Positions 24,406 through 38,523 of a stretch of 64,000 nt of DNA are shown here, piece after piece. Source of the DNA: Octopus sinensis (taxonomy: Eukaryota). The stretch lies in assembly GCF_006345805.1 (NCBI RefSeq), contig NC_043002.1, positions 7,502,001 through 7,566,000 on the forward strand. The letters run 5' to 3'. The position numbers were made by a program, and so were the translations under genes. The stretch's first letter is position 1. Every line of letters begins with the position of its first letter. The notes below the pieces were generated by a model. The model made no database searches, was not told the DNA's origin, and saw only the letters and a list, made by a program, of their open reading frames with translations.

Positions 24406-25986
24406 GTCCCATATCTTTTAGGAGTGTGCAGAACCACTTTATTTAATGCATTCATTCCGTATTTATGACGATTGGTCAATGTTAGATTTAGATATAAGCT
24501 ACAGACTGGACTCACATATGGCAAGGTTCTCAAATCAATAAAAGCCATATATGTTACCTATTTTTGTGAGACTATTTCGTATAATTATCTTAATAAGAAA
24601 CTTCTAAGATTTATCTTTATATAGCCGGTCGTGATAGGGTGTGATTTGAGTGAATTTCGGCTGCTTTTGTGGCCAGTAAGACGGCCATGCAGTCTAGCTT
24701 CTATATGACGTACAACTTATCGCGTTCACTCCTCGAATGCCATAACATCCTTCGACATTAAACTTAATCCGACTCCTGGTTCAACGCCGTCATCTGATCT
24801 TCGGGTGATTTTAATTGAGTCCATTCTGTTAAATCTATTCGGGCTCGATCTTCGCCTAAAGGCTCCCTAGAAAACGGCTATGGACTTTCCACTTTTTGTG
24901 AATAAGCCGGCGTAAAAATTCATAAATTAGGATATAAAATAACGGTATTACGAAGCAATTAATTTGTTTCTCAACAGAATTATTTCTAGAACATCAAGCA
25001 GCTACTATTAGCAGTTAAATTTCCCTCAAATCACACCCGTGTATTTCTATTTAAAAATGAAAATTCACAGTGGATTTTGCAGTTTTATATACAGTACGTG
25101 CGTGAAGAGGACCAGATATTAAAGACTAAAAAAGCTCACGATGCCAAAGTGTAGTGCCAGCCTCTCCAGGATCTTCCATACGTATATCACCGTACACACA
25201 CACACACACTCACACAAACACACACAAACACACACACACACGCACACACACACATACACACACAAACGCACACACATACACACACACACACATGCGTACA
25301 GTTTTCGTTATGTACATTCCGAAGATAGAGTTTTGTATTATTGTTACAAACCAGCTCCCTCCCCAGAGGAAGAATTTCAACAGAAGAGAACACATACATA
25401 AATACATACATACATACATACATATATATATATGTATATATGTATATGTATATGTATATATATACAAACAATACATATATATATTATGTATATATGTATA
25501 TGTATATACATACATACATACATACATACATACATACATACATACATACATACATACATACATACATACATACATACACACACACGCACATGAACGCAAA
25601 ATATTTTTATATAAATATAAGTAAATTGGCTCAATTTAGATAGCAAAAATGAGAAAGAAATTTTGTTACAAAGATAGGTAAATGTTTTGACGAAGTACTT
25701 TCTTTTACTTGTAAAGATATTTTACGAAACCCAGCTTGTCTGGTTTGTATGAAATTTCAACTGACACTGTAACTATGCTGATTATTACAGTCATAATACA
25801 TGAAGGAGCCCAACCATAGCAAATATTAATTTGTTCGCACAAAAAAAGATTTTTTCTCTGCGTCACTCAACATGATCTCTATCCATTAATTGCTCACAAA
25901 AGATGTATAAATTAGCTAAACATTAAGACTTTAACTGGAGTTTCATTAGTCATATACATATACATTAACCATTGTATATAGCTCTC

Positions 25987-26032
<46 letters not shown>

Positions 26033-26656
26033 ATATATAAATGTATATATTTATATGAATGTGTGGGTGTATAATACATACAAATATATATATATATATG
26101 TGCGTACACATTCGTGTATACGTTTCATATGTGTGTATGTGTGTGTGTGTGTGTGTGTGTGGTGGGGGTGTTTATATTCATATTGTCGACTCTATCCATT
26201 AATTGCTCACAAAATGTGTATTAATTAGACAAACACCTTGTCTTATAGTGAATCTTCGTGAGTGACACACATACACGCACGAATGTGTGTGTATATACAT
26301 ATACCCATATGTATATATGCATTCATTCTTATGTGTGTATAGCATGAACATACAGATATTTTTTTCATATATGAATTCATATATAGATACATACATACAT
26401 ATATATATATATGTATATATATATATACACATGTATATATATATATGTATATATATGTTGACACAGACACATACATACGCTCACATACGCATATGTGCAT
26501 AGGTATCTTCACTTATATGACTATATATGTATATGTGTAGATATACGTATGTGTAGATGTGTATAGCTATGTGCCTGTGTGTATATATATGTATACAGGT
26601 ATGTACACTTACACACACTCACACATACACGCAAACAACCCCCACATACATGTATA

Positions 26657-26689
<33 letters not shown>

Positions 26690-27841
26690 CATACACACAT
26701 ACACACACTTGGTTATAACAGGTGAAAAGTTTTGTAGTTGGCTTTTTATCTCTAAGTTGATTTATGGAAATTTTATGCTAATCTGCGACTACCTACGTAT
26801 CTTCTTGTTTTCTTTCATATTTCTAGTTCTTTATAGTTTCTTTTCTTTTCACCAATGTTATGTTTGAGAACTGTTTGTATGCTTTTGATAGGATGAAGGA
26901 AGCAATGACAAGAATAAAAAAAGATTGTACGTCATACATACAATCACTAAGGAATCTGATTATTATCATGTAGACACACACACACACACACACACACAAT
27001 AAATTCTTCTTGTTCTTTTTTGTATTATTGAATGCATTTATTCAATAATAGCTGATTAAAAATTCAGTAGGTCTTTTCATTTGCTGAGAAAATAAAAGAC
27101 GTCTTGATCGGGGTATGATTTTTTTTTAGTTTTCTCTTCCTTTTTTTTTTCGTGGACATTTTGTTTTTGTATTTTTATAATTTTTCTTTCTTTTCTTCTG
27201 GAGTCACATGGCTTCTTCTGTTCTTTTCTCTTCTCATCTTATTTCTTTTTTTATTTTTTTTTTAAGAAACACACTTTTCGTTCATTCGGGCATCTCTAAT
27301 GAGGTGGGTTTTTTGTTTCAGAATTTTAATATATGAAATTATTCAGTGCGATATATGTATGTATGTATGTATGCATGTATGTATGTATGTATGTACGAAT
27401 GTATGTATGTATGTATGTATATATGCATGTATGTGTGTATGTATGTATGTATGTATGTATATATGTACGCATGTATGCGTGTATGTATGTATGTATATAT
27501 GTATGTATGTGTATATGTATGTATATATGTACGCATGTATGTGTATATGTATGTATGTATGTATGTATATATGTACGCATGTATGTATGTGTATATGTAT
27601 GTATATATGTACGCATGTATGTGTATATGTATGTATGTATATATGTATGTATGTGTACATGTATGTATGTATGTATGTATGTGTATATGTATGTATGTAT
27701 ATGCATGATTGTGTACCTGTGTGTGTGTGTATGCATTTCATACATTTCGATCTTGAAAATTTATTGCTATGTTTCCAACAGTATTACGCATTATATGTGT
27801 GTGTGTATATTTGTGTAAGCGCGCGCGTGTGTGGTATATAC

Positions 27842-27876
<35 letters not shown>

Positions 27877-27893
27877 GAGAGAGAGAGAGAGAT

Positions 27894-27942
<49 letters not shown>

Positions 27943-30442
27943 CAGATATAGATTTATGCATTAGAAGAAACGGATCCCTACCATGTTAACATAGCCGTAG
28001 TTACCCCTGGATAGCATTGAAACGATCCATAATATATTCAAACGGCTGAGTGCAAGCGAAACTTGATGATGATAAAAATATTGAAGGGTACTTCTAATAC
28101 TCCTCAAGTTGTTTCGCATCCAGTCAAAGGAAAATTGATCAATGCACGCTGATCAGTAAATGCTTTGAAGATGGCTTAGAAGGGTACTGAAATTTTTTGA
28201 AATTAAGAAGAAAAAAAAATTATGATCCCCTGTTGTTGGTTTTAGTGTTTAGTACCAGGGTTGAAAACCTATGATTAAAGGTGTTCTGAGCATGACTACC
28301 CACTCTCATTCCATCTTATTTTCAGACAATCCATCGAAAACTAGCATCCAATTTGAGTTTACCCTTTCAAGGTTTCTCTGGTGCGGTGTGAAAATTGGGT
28401 TTCTTTTTATAGCAGATCGAGCAACGACGTAGAGATTCTCTCGTCTTGCTAGTGACCAGCAATAAATTACCAATGTTGAGGAGATTTTAATTAAATAACT
28501 ACCAGTTATATAATGGCGTTGGATGTATTGTCTGTATTGCGAACGATTTAGAAATGAAGAATTTCTCTGCTTAAAGAAATCAATCATATATTCTGTACGG
28601 ATATTCAGTTCAAATTCAGACTAAAAAGGTCCAGTCTTTTATCCACTTATATCACCTAGACGTGAGGTTAGAGTTCACCTCGCAGCCTCGTGGTTCCAGG
28701 TTCTATCTCACTGAAAAGCACTTTTGGGAAAACGTTTACTGCCATAGTTTCGGATTAAATAGTACTTTCTTAGTAGAATTTTCTACGCAGAAATGAAACT
28801 TTGCAGCTATCCAGCAGTAATTAATATCAGCGTTTAATATATACCACAGCGAAAAAAAACTAACAAGAAAATTTTCTTTAATGCTTTACGAACAGAGTTC
28901 CTTGTAAGGATTAAATAACCCCTTGGCACTGTCATTCTCAGAGAAACTGTGAACCAGTGGTCAGTTCAATGGAACCTAACCAACAGTACTATTGTTCATT
29001 TACTGTCATATGAGATAAATACATGAAGTAGTTACTCGGAGTCACACCAAGTCTCTTAATTATCATTTGAACCTCCTGAAAAACCATTGTTTATTCCTTA
29101 GTATCGGAAGATTCTCTACGTAGGCAGTCGGCATACTAAAAATGGTAACGAAATCTCCCTCAAATTATACTACATAACCGTTTTGGAAAAGGATAATGGA
29201 TATTATGCGCTGACAAAGTGTTCATGAGGGAAAAGAAAATACATTTGATCAAAAATCTGCCCAGTCAGAGCTACTTTGGAGCTAAAGAACAACAATAATA
29301 GCCACGAATTATTGTGACAGGGTTACATGGTTACTGCATTTCTTATATTGTAGCAGAGCTACTTTTAATAAACCATTTTTGGATGTTGAGTTCCCGATAA
29401 AGTAGTTGAGTTATTTTTCATAAAACAATATTGGATTATGGATTCCCATATTGTAGCAGGGACATCTTTGATAGTCCAATGCTTATAACAGCGGGTATCT
29501 TTATAGACCGACATTGGATACTAACCTTCGCATATTATAGATACGATATCTTTGATAGCACTTGAGGCAGTCAAGTTTAAACTTTATTACCATAGGCAAC
29601 AGCATCCTTTTCAATTAATGCAATAAACTTTTTTTTTACGATAGTTTTTTTTTACTATCTAAAATTGGGTAAAAATCATTCCTAATCACATAAAATACTA
29701 TTTTCGTTCTACAGTAGGGACTAAACCGAAAATTCGAGAGGGGAAAACTAGTTGATTACATCGACCCCAGTCGATTGACCCTGAAAAGGAAAAGTCAACA
29801 GGATTTGAACTCAGAACGTAAAGATTGAAAAACATTTTGGCTGCTGTGCTATTGTTTCTGCCAACTCGCCGTTTTTCATCACATGGAACCTTTATCATTC
29901 CGCCTCCAAGAAATAGCAGCCAAATATTATTTAATCATACTGTATCGCCTAGTAAATAGATGGGCATATTGGATAATGTGCTCTAAGGTTTCAGCTACTA
30001 CGGTTACGACTAGAAGACCTTCGATCATAGCTCTATTCGTTCAAGGCTGACCTGAGGCTACACCACAACAACAATGTTGTTGATATTGCTCTTGTTGATG
30101 TGAAGATGATGTAGTGTTAATGGTGTTGATGTTGTGTTTATTGTTGTTTAACACATGGTCTATGTTGATCAGGTCGACCAATTATCAAGAGCGTTCTAAC
30201 TGTAAATATCTTGTTTTGTATTATTGTATTATCTAGGACAACACTGTCGAATGCGTCCTTAAGTTTTTTTTCCTCATCATTATGCTTTTATGAGATTGAT
30301 AAGTGACGAAATAAATTAATATTTCAACCAGAAAACCCTAGGTAGCTGTATTTCGCAAGGCACATAGATTTTATTATATCTTTACTTTCTTACCTGATCA
30401 AGTTCTATACTAATGTGTTGAAGCCATATCACACAGTATATA

Positions 30443-32026
30443 CACAAGGTGGGTTGGGATAGTTCGTAGGCTGACTACGAAGAAGTGATGCGAGAGCTGT
30501 GAAATTGTGCATGCACTAATTTCAATTATTCTTATTAATAACTGCATTGTTTCTTTTCAGGTAACCGCACACCTGACTGTTCACAGAAGACTTAAAATTA
30601 ACTAGTAGCAACTTCTCTTGAGTGTGGACAAAATTTGGCATCGTGGTCTTGTCAAGTACCCGCAGAAAACCGGTTTAGTTTCCAACGACATTCATGCCGA
30701 CGTAGTTGCTATATTAGGGGATGACGTTCCAGCTTAATCAACAGTGCGAAAGTGAGTAGTAGAATTTAGGAGGAGGATAAGGGAGAGTCTTGAAGACGAC
30801 CCAAGGTCTGGACATCCTCTAACTACCACAACCGAGAAAAACATTGATCGAGTTCACCACATGGTGATGGATGACAACTATAAATCAAATAGCCGTATGA
30901 GGCGGCGAACTGGCAGAAACGTTAGCACGCTAGACGAAATGTTTAGCGGTATTTCGTCTGCCGCTACGTTCTGAGTTCAAATTCCGCCGAGGTCGACTTT
31001 GCCTTTCATCATTTCGGGGTCGATTAAATAAGTACCAGTTACGCACTGGGGTCGATATATAATCAACTTAATCCGTTTGTCTGTCCTTGTTTGTCCTCTC
31101 TGTGTTTAGCCCCTTGTGGGTAGTAAAGAAATAGGTATTTCGTCTGTCGTTACGTTCTGAGTTCAAATTCCTCCGAGGTTGACTTTGCCTTTCATCCTCT
31201 CGGGGTCGATAAATAAAGTACCAGTTTCGCACTGGGTCGATGTAATCGACTTAATCCCTTTGTCTGTCCTTGTTTGTCCCCTCTATGTTTAGCCCCTTGT
31301 GGGTAGTAAAGAAATAGATAAATCAAATAGCCAATGCTATTAGCATATACCGTGAGAGAGTTGAGAATATTCTGCACAATAAACTTGGCATGCCGAAGGT
31401 TTATGCTTGGTGGGTGCCATTTCTTTTGACAGCAGATCAAAAGTGCACCAGGTTGATCAAATCATAAGAAGATCGGACATTGTATGAGACAGGACCAGCT
31501 GTTTTCTTGAGCATTTCCTAACCCAGGATGAGTGTTTGGTTCATCACTTTGAGCCAGAGAGAAAGAGAAAATTCATACAATGGAAACACCTCTCCGAACC
31601 TGCTTCAGAGGCGTTTCATCAACAAGGAAAACAATGGCCTCAGTTTTCTGAGATGGAGAAAGTATTGTGTTTATTGACAATTTTCAAAAGGTCTATAGTA
31701 CTTTCCATCGATTACTGTGGTTTTGGACTGATTGATTACCATCCCTATTCTCCTGATGTGGCCCCATCTATCATCTATTCCTCATCATGAAAACACACTT
31801 GGCCGGGAATCAGTATCGCAGTGATGACGTCATATCTGCTGTTGACTCTTTTTAAGCAACAGGATGAAAGCTTCTTCACCAATGAGATCCAAGCACTGGA
31901 ACACCGATGGAAGAAATGTGTGAACGACAAGGGTGGTGGGGGGCTACATTGAAAAATAAGCCTCATTTAGTTAGGTTCCATGGGAGTAACTTGGCCAGCC
32001 TATAAACTTTTCAACCGACTTTTGTG
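30443..32026 (+). mobile_element. Decayed mariner transposon (Tc1/mariner) interrupted by a SINE
   Basis: Broken transposase with ESLEDDPRSGHP, WWVPFLLT, TQDECLVHHFEPE, HPYSPDVAPS and LEHRWKKCV. Degenerate TIRs at about 30443-30475 and 31994-32026. Confidence 0.93.
30901..31317 (+). mobile_element. SINE family A, head plus two tandem bodies, inside the mariner
   Basis: Perfect 15-bp TSD ataaatcaaatagcc at 30880-30894 and 31318-31332. The second body starts at 31134. Confidence 0.95.
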
Positions 32027-32948
32027 TGTGCACACATAGATGCATACATACATATATACATACATACACATGTATGGGTATATGTCTATGTGCTTGTCTG
32101 TGTGTATGTGTGTCTATGTGTGTGTGTGTTTGTGTGTATGTGTGCATATATATGTATATATAAATGCATATATATATATATATATATACTGAGAGAAAGA
32201 GAGAGAGAGAGAGAAAGAAAGAGAGAGAGAGAGTGAGCAAATGAAAAGGGATACGGAAATACAATTTATCTTAGTCACACTTCTGCAAACCTGCAAAATA
32301 CTGACATACAGAATGCATAGAAACGAACGTTGTTTCAGTAAGAGTGTTTCGAACAAAACTGAAAATTCAAGAAATTTTTCTCTTGTCGTGATTTACAAAA
32401 TAAACAACGTATTAATTTCAACAGCATATTAGTCAGATAAATCATTTATCATGTTGTAAAACATGGATGTACGCAATCACTATGTAATATTGATTGATCA
32501 AACGCAAAATCCATCACTGTTTCTTCATGGCTAAATGAATTAATTAATATGAGAAAAACGTGGACGAATTCATCTATATATTCATACAATTCGGCAAGAA
32601 GGGTCTTGTAAGGGGACATTCCAATATTAGAAAGAGTAAAGATAGCAGTTGGTTAAGATCATTTTTAAATTGGACGTATTAATTAGTCTGTATATTGAAT
32701 CAATTGTCTGATCGAGAAATTAAACAGTATTTAAATCTGTATTATTGCACCGAGTAACATAAACCAACTGGAATTAGTATTTCAAGAGTAGCTTCAAAGA
32801 AAACCTTAATGAACAGAGACGGCAAAGAAGTAAGGAAAAGAAAGAAGAAAGATGGAAGGAAGAGGATGAGGAGGGGGATAATTTAAAAGGGTAAGAAAAA
32901 TATGAGCAAGCTTCGATGAAAGAAAAAATAAATGTCTCATACAATTAT

Positions 32949-33365
32949 AGGCGCAGGAGTGGCTGTGTGGTAAGTAGCTTGTCTACCAACCACATGGTTC
33001 CGGGTTCAGTCCCACTGCGTGGCATCTTGGGCAAGTGTCTTCTGCTATAGCCCCGGGCCGACCAATGCCTTGTGAGTGGATTTGGTAGACGGAAACTGAA
33101 AGAAGCCTGTCGTATATATGTATATATATGTATGTGTGTGTACGTGTGTTTGTGTGTCTGTGTTTCTCCCCCTAGCATTGCTTGACAACCGATGTTGGTG
33201 TGTTTACGTCCCCGTCACTTAATGGTTCGGCAAAAGAGACCGATAGAATAAGTACTGGGCTTACAAAGAATAAGTCCCGGGGTCGATTCGCTCGACTAAA
33301 GGCGGTGCTCCAGCATGGCCGCAGTCAAATGACTGAAACAAGTAAAAGAGAGTAAAAGAGAGAGA
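32949..33365 (+). mobile_element. SINE family B, full length
   Basis: A box tggctgtgtggt, B box gggttcagtccc, CORE-like segment, internal microsatellite, tail gtaaaagagagtaaaagag. Confidence 0.93.
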
Positions 33366-33407
33366 ATCGAAGGGACCGAATGGAAGCTGTATAATTACTA
33401 TAACGGA

Positions 33408-34007
33408 AGGCGGCGAGCTGGCAGAAACGTTAGCGCGCCGGGCGAAATGCTTAGCGGTATTTCGTCTGTCGTTACGTTCTGAGTTCAAATTCCGCCGAGG
33501 TCGACTTTGCCTTTCATCATCTCGGGGTCGATAAATAAAGAACCAGTTACGCACTGGGATCGATATAATCGACTTAATCCCTTTGTCTGTCCTTGTTTGC
33601 CCCCCCCCCTATGTTTAGCCCCTTGTAGGTAGTAAAGAAATAGGTATTTCGTCTGCTTATAGGTTTTGAGTTCAAATTCCGCCAAGGTCGACTTTGCCTT
33701 TCATCATTTCGGGGTCGATAAATTAAGTACCAGTTTCGCACTGGGTCGATGTAATCGACTTAATCCCTTTGTCTGTCCTTGTTTGTCCCCTCTATGTTTA
33801 GCCCCTTGTAGGTAGTAAAGAAATAGGTATTTCGTCTGTTTATAGGTTTTGAGTTCAAATTCCGCCGAGGTCGACTTTGCTTTTCATCCTCTCGGGGTCA
33901 ATAAATAAAGTACCAGTTTCGCACTGGGTCGATGAAATCGACTTAATCCCCGTGTCTGTCCTTGTTTGTCCCTTCTATGTGTAGCCCCTTGTGGGTAGTA
34001 GAGAAAT
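33408..34007 (+). mobile_element. SINE family A, head plus three tandem bodies
   Basis: Bodies start at 33456, 33643 and 33826. 17-bp TSD tataa(t/c)tactataacgg at 33390-33406 and 34011-34027. Confidence 0.95.
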
Positions 34008-34329
34008 ATATATAACTACTATAACGGGAGTCGGACAAATCAGAACACTATTGAAAAAATAGTGTTTAGAGACCCTATACGGGACGCCCCAAGCCATACA
34101 TTTGATAACCGCTCAAGAATGCTTTGAATTACGATTAACGTATAGCAAATTCTCATTTGATTTACAGTAAAGTTGATAGTGAACAGTGTACATCTAACGT
34201 CACATCGAGAAAGTTTGTTACCTTATGGTTATTACCCACCAAAATATATTGTCCTAAGTCTTAAAAAGAATCTGAAGTTTTTTCTAATTCTACGTTGCTA
34301 CATTCATGGAATGAGAAGAAAGCATCATC

Positions 34330-34505
34330 TCTGTCCTTAAGCAATACACTTGGTTTCATGGTGCTGTAGTCTAATCAGCTGAAGATTAGCACCAGGCAAT
34401 ATCTACCTGTCCTCACGTCTACACAGATACACAATTCAAGTTGCGAAAGTGTGGTGCAAGTAACGAGATCATACTCATAGTTGCTACATGTTCTCGTGTC
34501 TGGGA
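34330..34505 (+). mobile_element. Possible decayed R4/Dong-type (restriction-like endonuclease LINE) Zn-knuckle fragment
   Basis: SNTLGFMV...STRQY...KLRKCGASNEII.IVATCS loosely follows ETEGF..A.QDQ...TRNY...KCR.C...ET..HI...C. Frameshifted and weak. Confidence 0.3.
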
Positions 34506-34798
34506 AAACGGTAAGTATAGAGAAGGGAGAGCTTGGAGATGATAGAGTAGATACGTTTATTTACTTAATAAGGATTCTAACAAAACAGTTTGGGTTTTTT
34601 TTTTTGCTTTAGAATTCGTCCAAGACAAATTCCAAAATGGCTGGTACTGTATTGTCTTGTAAGAGTAAGGGTTTTAATGCACACACACATTCATACCTAC
34701 ATACATTCATTCATTACATACATATTCATGCATACATACATACGAGCACAAATACACGCATACGCATATGCACACAAATCTATAATGCAATATATAAC

Positions 34799-34842
<44 letters not shown>

Positions 34843-35880
34843 TATATATATTATATATATATATATATATAATGTGATAGACGGCGGGCGCGAGAAAGAG
34901 AGAAAAAGTGAAAGCGGGAAAGAGAGTGTGTGTGTGTGTGTGTATGTGTGCGTGTAAGTATGTGTGTGTATGCATGCTATATCTTCGTCCAAACCGAAGG
35001 TCACTATGAATAGACTTTCGGACATAGTGTTACCACACTGACATCAGGGATATAAAAGCAGCATTTGTTAATGGATGTAATCCGTATCATTCATTTTCGA
35101 AAAGATTAATCTCGTGCTGTCATTCACAATCTCTGTCCCCTTTTCACATCCCATCTCATATATTTTACACCTTCCTCAATCAACTTATGGCTTTCTCTTA
35201 AAAACCTCTCAATAGAAACTAACGGAAAGACGCACAGATTGTACTTATAACTTGGCGGCGAAACTATTGTCAAGACGAACATTATATGACTAACTGGATG
35301 AGCTTGAAACTCGGAAGCACATGAGAAGGAGGCAGGAGAGTAAGAGAGAAGAGGGAAGAGAGAGAGGGAAGAAGGAGAGAGGGAGAGACTGTAGAGTTAT
35401 AGGGTAAGGGTAAGGACGATATATGCTGGGCGAGTGTGGTCATTGGCCGTAACAAGTGCGCTTTTCTCCCTAAGAATTCTAATAGAAGGTTACAGATAAT
35501 CTGCAGACACGATGAGAACATGCAAAGGTCATGCGTGTGGCATTATGTTACTGCAAAGATACGCCTTACACATACACACGCATAGACACACGCATACATA
35601 CATGAGTAAACAGACACACACACTCATAGATATACCACAGAAAGTTATACTAACAATGAAGGACGGCCTCACACATACACATACAAACGCAAGCAAGCGC
35701 GCACACACACACACTCACACACACGCATACAAAGACTTATGGTTGTTTCTTTGACAGTGGGAAAAACATTATCTATCCTGAACTGTTACACCTTTTCATT
35801 TACCTCTCCCTCTCTCACACTCTCTTTCTCTCACTCTCTCTGTCACCCTCTCTTTCTTCGTTCTTTAAGTCTTTTTTGAC

Positions 35881-36044
35881 AGGCGTAGGAGTGGCTGTGT
35901 GGTAAGTAGCTTGCTTACCAACCACATGGTTCCGGGTTCAGTTCCACTGCTTGGCACCTTGGGCAACTGTCTTCTACTATAGCCTCGGGCCGACCAAAGC
36001 CTTGTGAGTGGATTAGGTAGACGGAAACTGAAAGAAGCCCGTCG

Positions 36045-36098
<54 letters not shown>

Positions 36099-36316
36099 AT
36101 ATGTGTGTGTAGATATATGTGTGTCTGTGTTTGTCCCCCCAACATCGCTTGACAACCGAAGCTGGCGTGTTTACGTCCCCGTAACTTAGCGGTTCGGCAA
36201 AAGAGACCGATAGAATAAGTACTAGGCTTACAAAGAATAAGTCCTGCGGTCGATTTGCTCGACTAAAAGCGGTGCTCCAGCATGGCCACAGTCACATGAC
36301 TGAAACAAGTAACAGA
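35881..36316 (+). mobile_element. SINE family B, full length
   Basis: Collinear with 32949-33365, with an expanded internal (TA)n. Confidence 0.93.
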
Positions 36317-36430
36317 TATATATGTATCTACAAGTGCATATGTCAGCATGCGTATGTGTATATGTGTCTGAATACACAACACACACACATACACACACAC
36401 ACACACACACACATGTATGTGTGTGTGCAT

Positions 36431-36548
36431 TAGGAAATACGAAAATATCCTTTAAAAATATTTAAAAACTGTCGTGTTCCTATTTATGTTCATGTGTGTG
36501 AAACCTTTGTGAGTGTGCTTATACAAATACACACACACACACACACAT

Positions 36549-36604
<56 letters not shown>

Positions 36605-36680
36605 GGTTACACACACACAAACATAACTGGGAACACGACAGTTTTTAAATATTTTAAAAATATTTTTTCACATTTCCTTA
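36431..36680. repeat. Inverted repeat with ~77-bp arms around a (CA)n(TA)n tract
   Basis: aaaatatttaaaaactgtcgtgttcc (36431-36507 arm) versus ggaacacgacagtttttaaatatttt (36603-36680 arm). Confidence 0.85.
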
Positions 36681-37759
36681 TTAGAATTCTTTTCTCACTT
36701 CCTCATTATATCTCATAAAATTCCATAAATTAGAATTTCCCTAATTAGAATTTGATATGCAAATATGATATTTGGAAACTATTTTACACAAATATTAGGC
36801 ACTCAAGACATAGAAGAAAGTCCTTCGTCTAACATTTAAGAACTATTAGACGTACATCAGACATACATTATGCATCCTTTCTTTCTGGTTGGTTATGGAT
36901 ACCTACGTGACCCCCTGACGTGGTTAGAAATAGCAGGCAATTTCTATCAGTTTCCATCCTATGATGGAGAAATAATGAAACGCATTTGATAATAGAATCA
37001 TAGATTTATAATGCACAACGTTTGCCTCGTAGCTACTTGTCAGTAACGTTGTGATATCATTCCTAAGGAGTTGTTTCAGCGAACAAAGTAGATTTGGTTT
37101 AATTAATACGGAGTATGGAGGCCTGGATGGCCATAACTGGAATGCATTTGATTACATCTTCTAAGCTGGAGCCGACCAGGTTTTGAACAACAAGTATCTG
37201 CTAGCCATACTCGTTCAAAAATTAATCAATGAAGATACCCAGACGTAGTGCGCTAGGACCTGTTGAAGATAGAAGCGAAATCTTTCATAAATCCAACTCT
37301 ACTTTGGCTGTAGGCGGTATTTCGGTTGATGTGGGTCCAAGATGCATTATTAACTGCCCAATTTGTGTTTGGAAGCACATGTATATTTTATTAATTTATG
37401 TAGACACATGTATATTTTGATATTCTAATCACATATACTGCGTGAAAGTGTTCATTAAACCTGTTGAAATCTCCGACATGACTACGTAAGTACCCATTCT
37501 TCTTGAAATAGGCATGATGAAGTGCAAAATGCACTTCTGTATATTCAAAGAGACAGCTACAACGCCTTTCATATAGACTGAGTTGATCGTATTTTACTTT
37601 TGGATAAAACAATAACATCTAACAGACTCTATGGTCCAATAATAACCTTACTGTTCCAAAAAAGTCTGAAATTTAGGAGCGAAAGAATGGGGTCAGTTAA
37701 AATGACCCCATTTATTTATTTTATCGAGCCAGAAAAGAACGGAATTCGAAAACATGTAT

Positions 37760-37906
37760 GCTTTTTCTATAATTCTGACGAAGAGCTCCGCTCGAAATAT
37801 GAAATCCTCTTTCTTTTCTTTCCTTTCCTGAGCGCCCAATAACACTGTACTTATTCCACATCCTCGCGTTGTTGATTTTTCTTGCTTGTTCATGTTTGGA
37901 TTAACT
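37760..37906 (+). mobile_element. Penelope-like terminal fragment (family P3)
   Basis: Reverse-orientation homologue of 11197-11345. Ends ggattaact followed by (TA)n. Confidence 0.65.
37771..37805 (+). ncRNA. Minimal hammerhead motif with canonical CUGACGA but G at position 17 (probably inactive)
   Basis: AAUU-CUGACGA-A-GAGC-UCC-GCUC-GAA-AUAU-G-AAAU. Stem I is imperfect. Confidence 0.6.
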
Positions 37907-37947
37907 ATATATATATATAAACACACACACACACACACACACACAAA

Positions 37948-38206
37948 ATAAGGTAATGGAGTTGATAAACTCCAAGCTATAAATGATTCATTGCTAGTAG
38001 AGTCTCGGAAGTAGTAATTGCCCAAATGAGATGTAATCCGCTAGCTATTCGTCATGCTAAGTATACCTTAATCAAATTTGACTAAGGTAACTTTGGCCTG
38101 ACGAGTGGCTAGCGGATTAGCCCTCGTTTGCGCAATTACTACGTCTGAGGTTCTGCTAGCAGTGGATCATAATGTATCCTGGATATTATCAACTCTATTC
38201 CCTTAT
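37948..38206. mobile_element. 259-bp spacer-less imperfect palindrome (fold-back or MITE-like)
   Basis: Arms align end to end from ataagg to ccttat, with the centre tcaaa|tttga at 38076/38077. Confidence 0.8.
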
Positions 38207-38413
38207 GCCAGATTTTAATTCTCGTACACAGCAATCCAAGCTGCTAACCACACGCTATAATACTTCTCAGATTATATCGAACTTCGATATTGGAAAAATT
38301 TACAACCTTCTACGTCAATAAACCACCTTTGTTCCCGAAAGTGTTTTTTTTTTACCTTCTACGGACTGCTCTAAGCTCACTAATTCTCTACAACTTAATC
38401 CTTGGATCTTACC

Positions 38414-38523
<110 letters not shown>

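Noticed and set aside
34380-34516. Possible host exon ending at the donor-like g|gtaagt
   Set aside because: No clear acceptor or partner exons were found, and the translation fits a decayed retroelement Zn-knuckle better.
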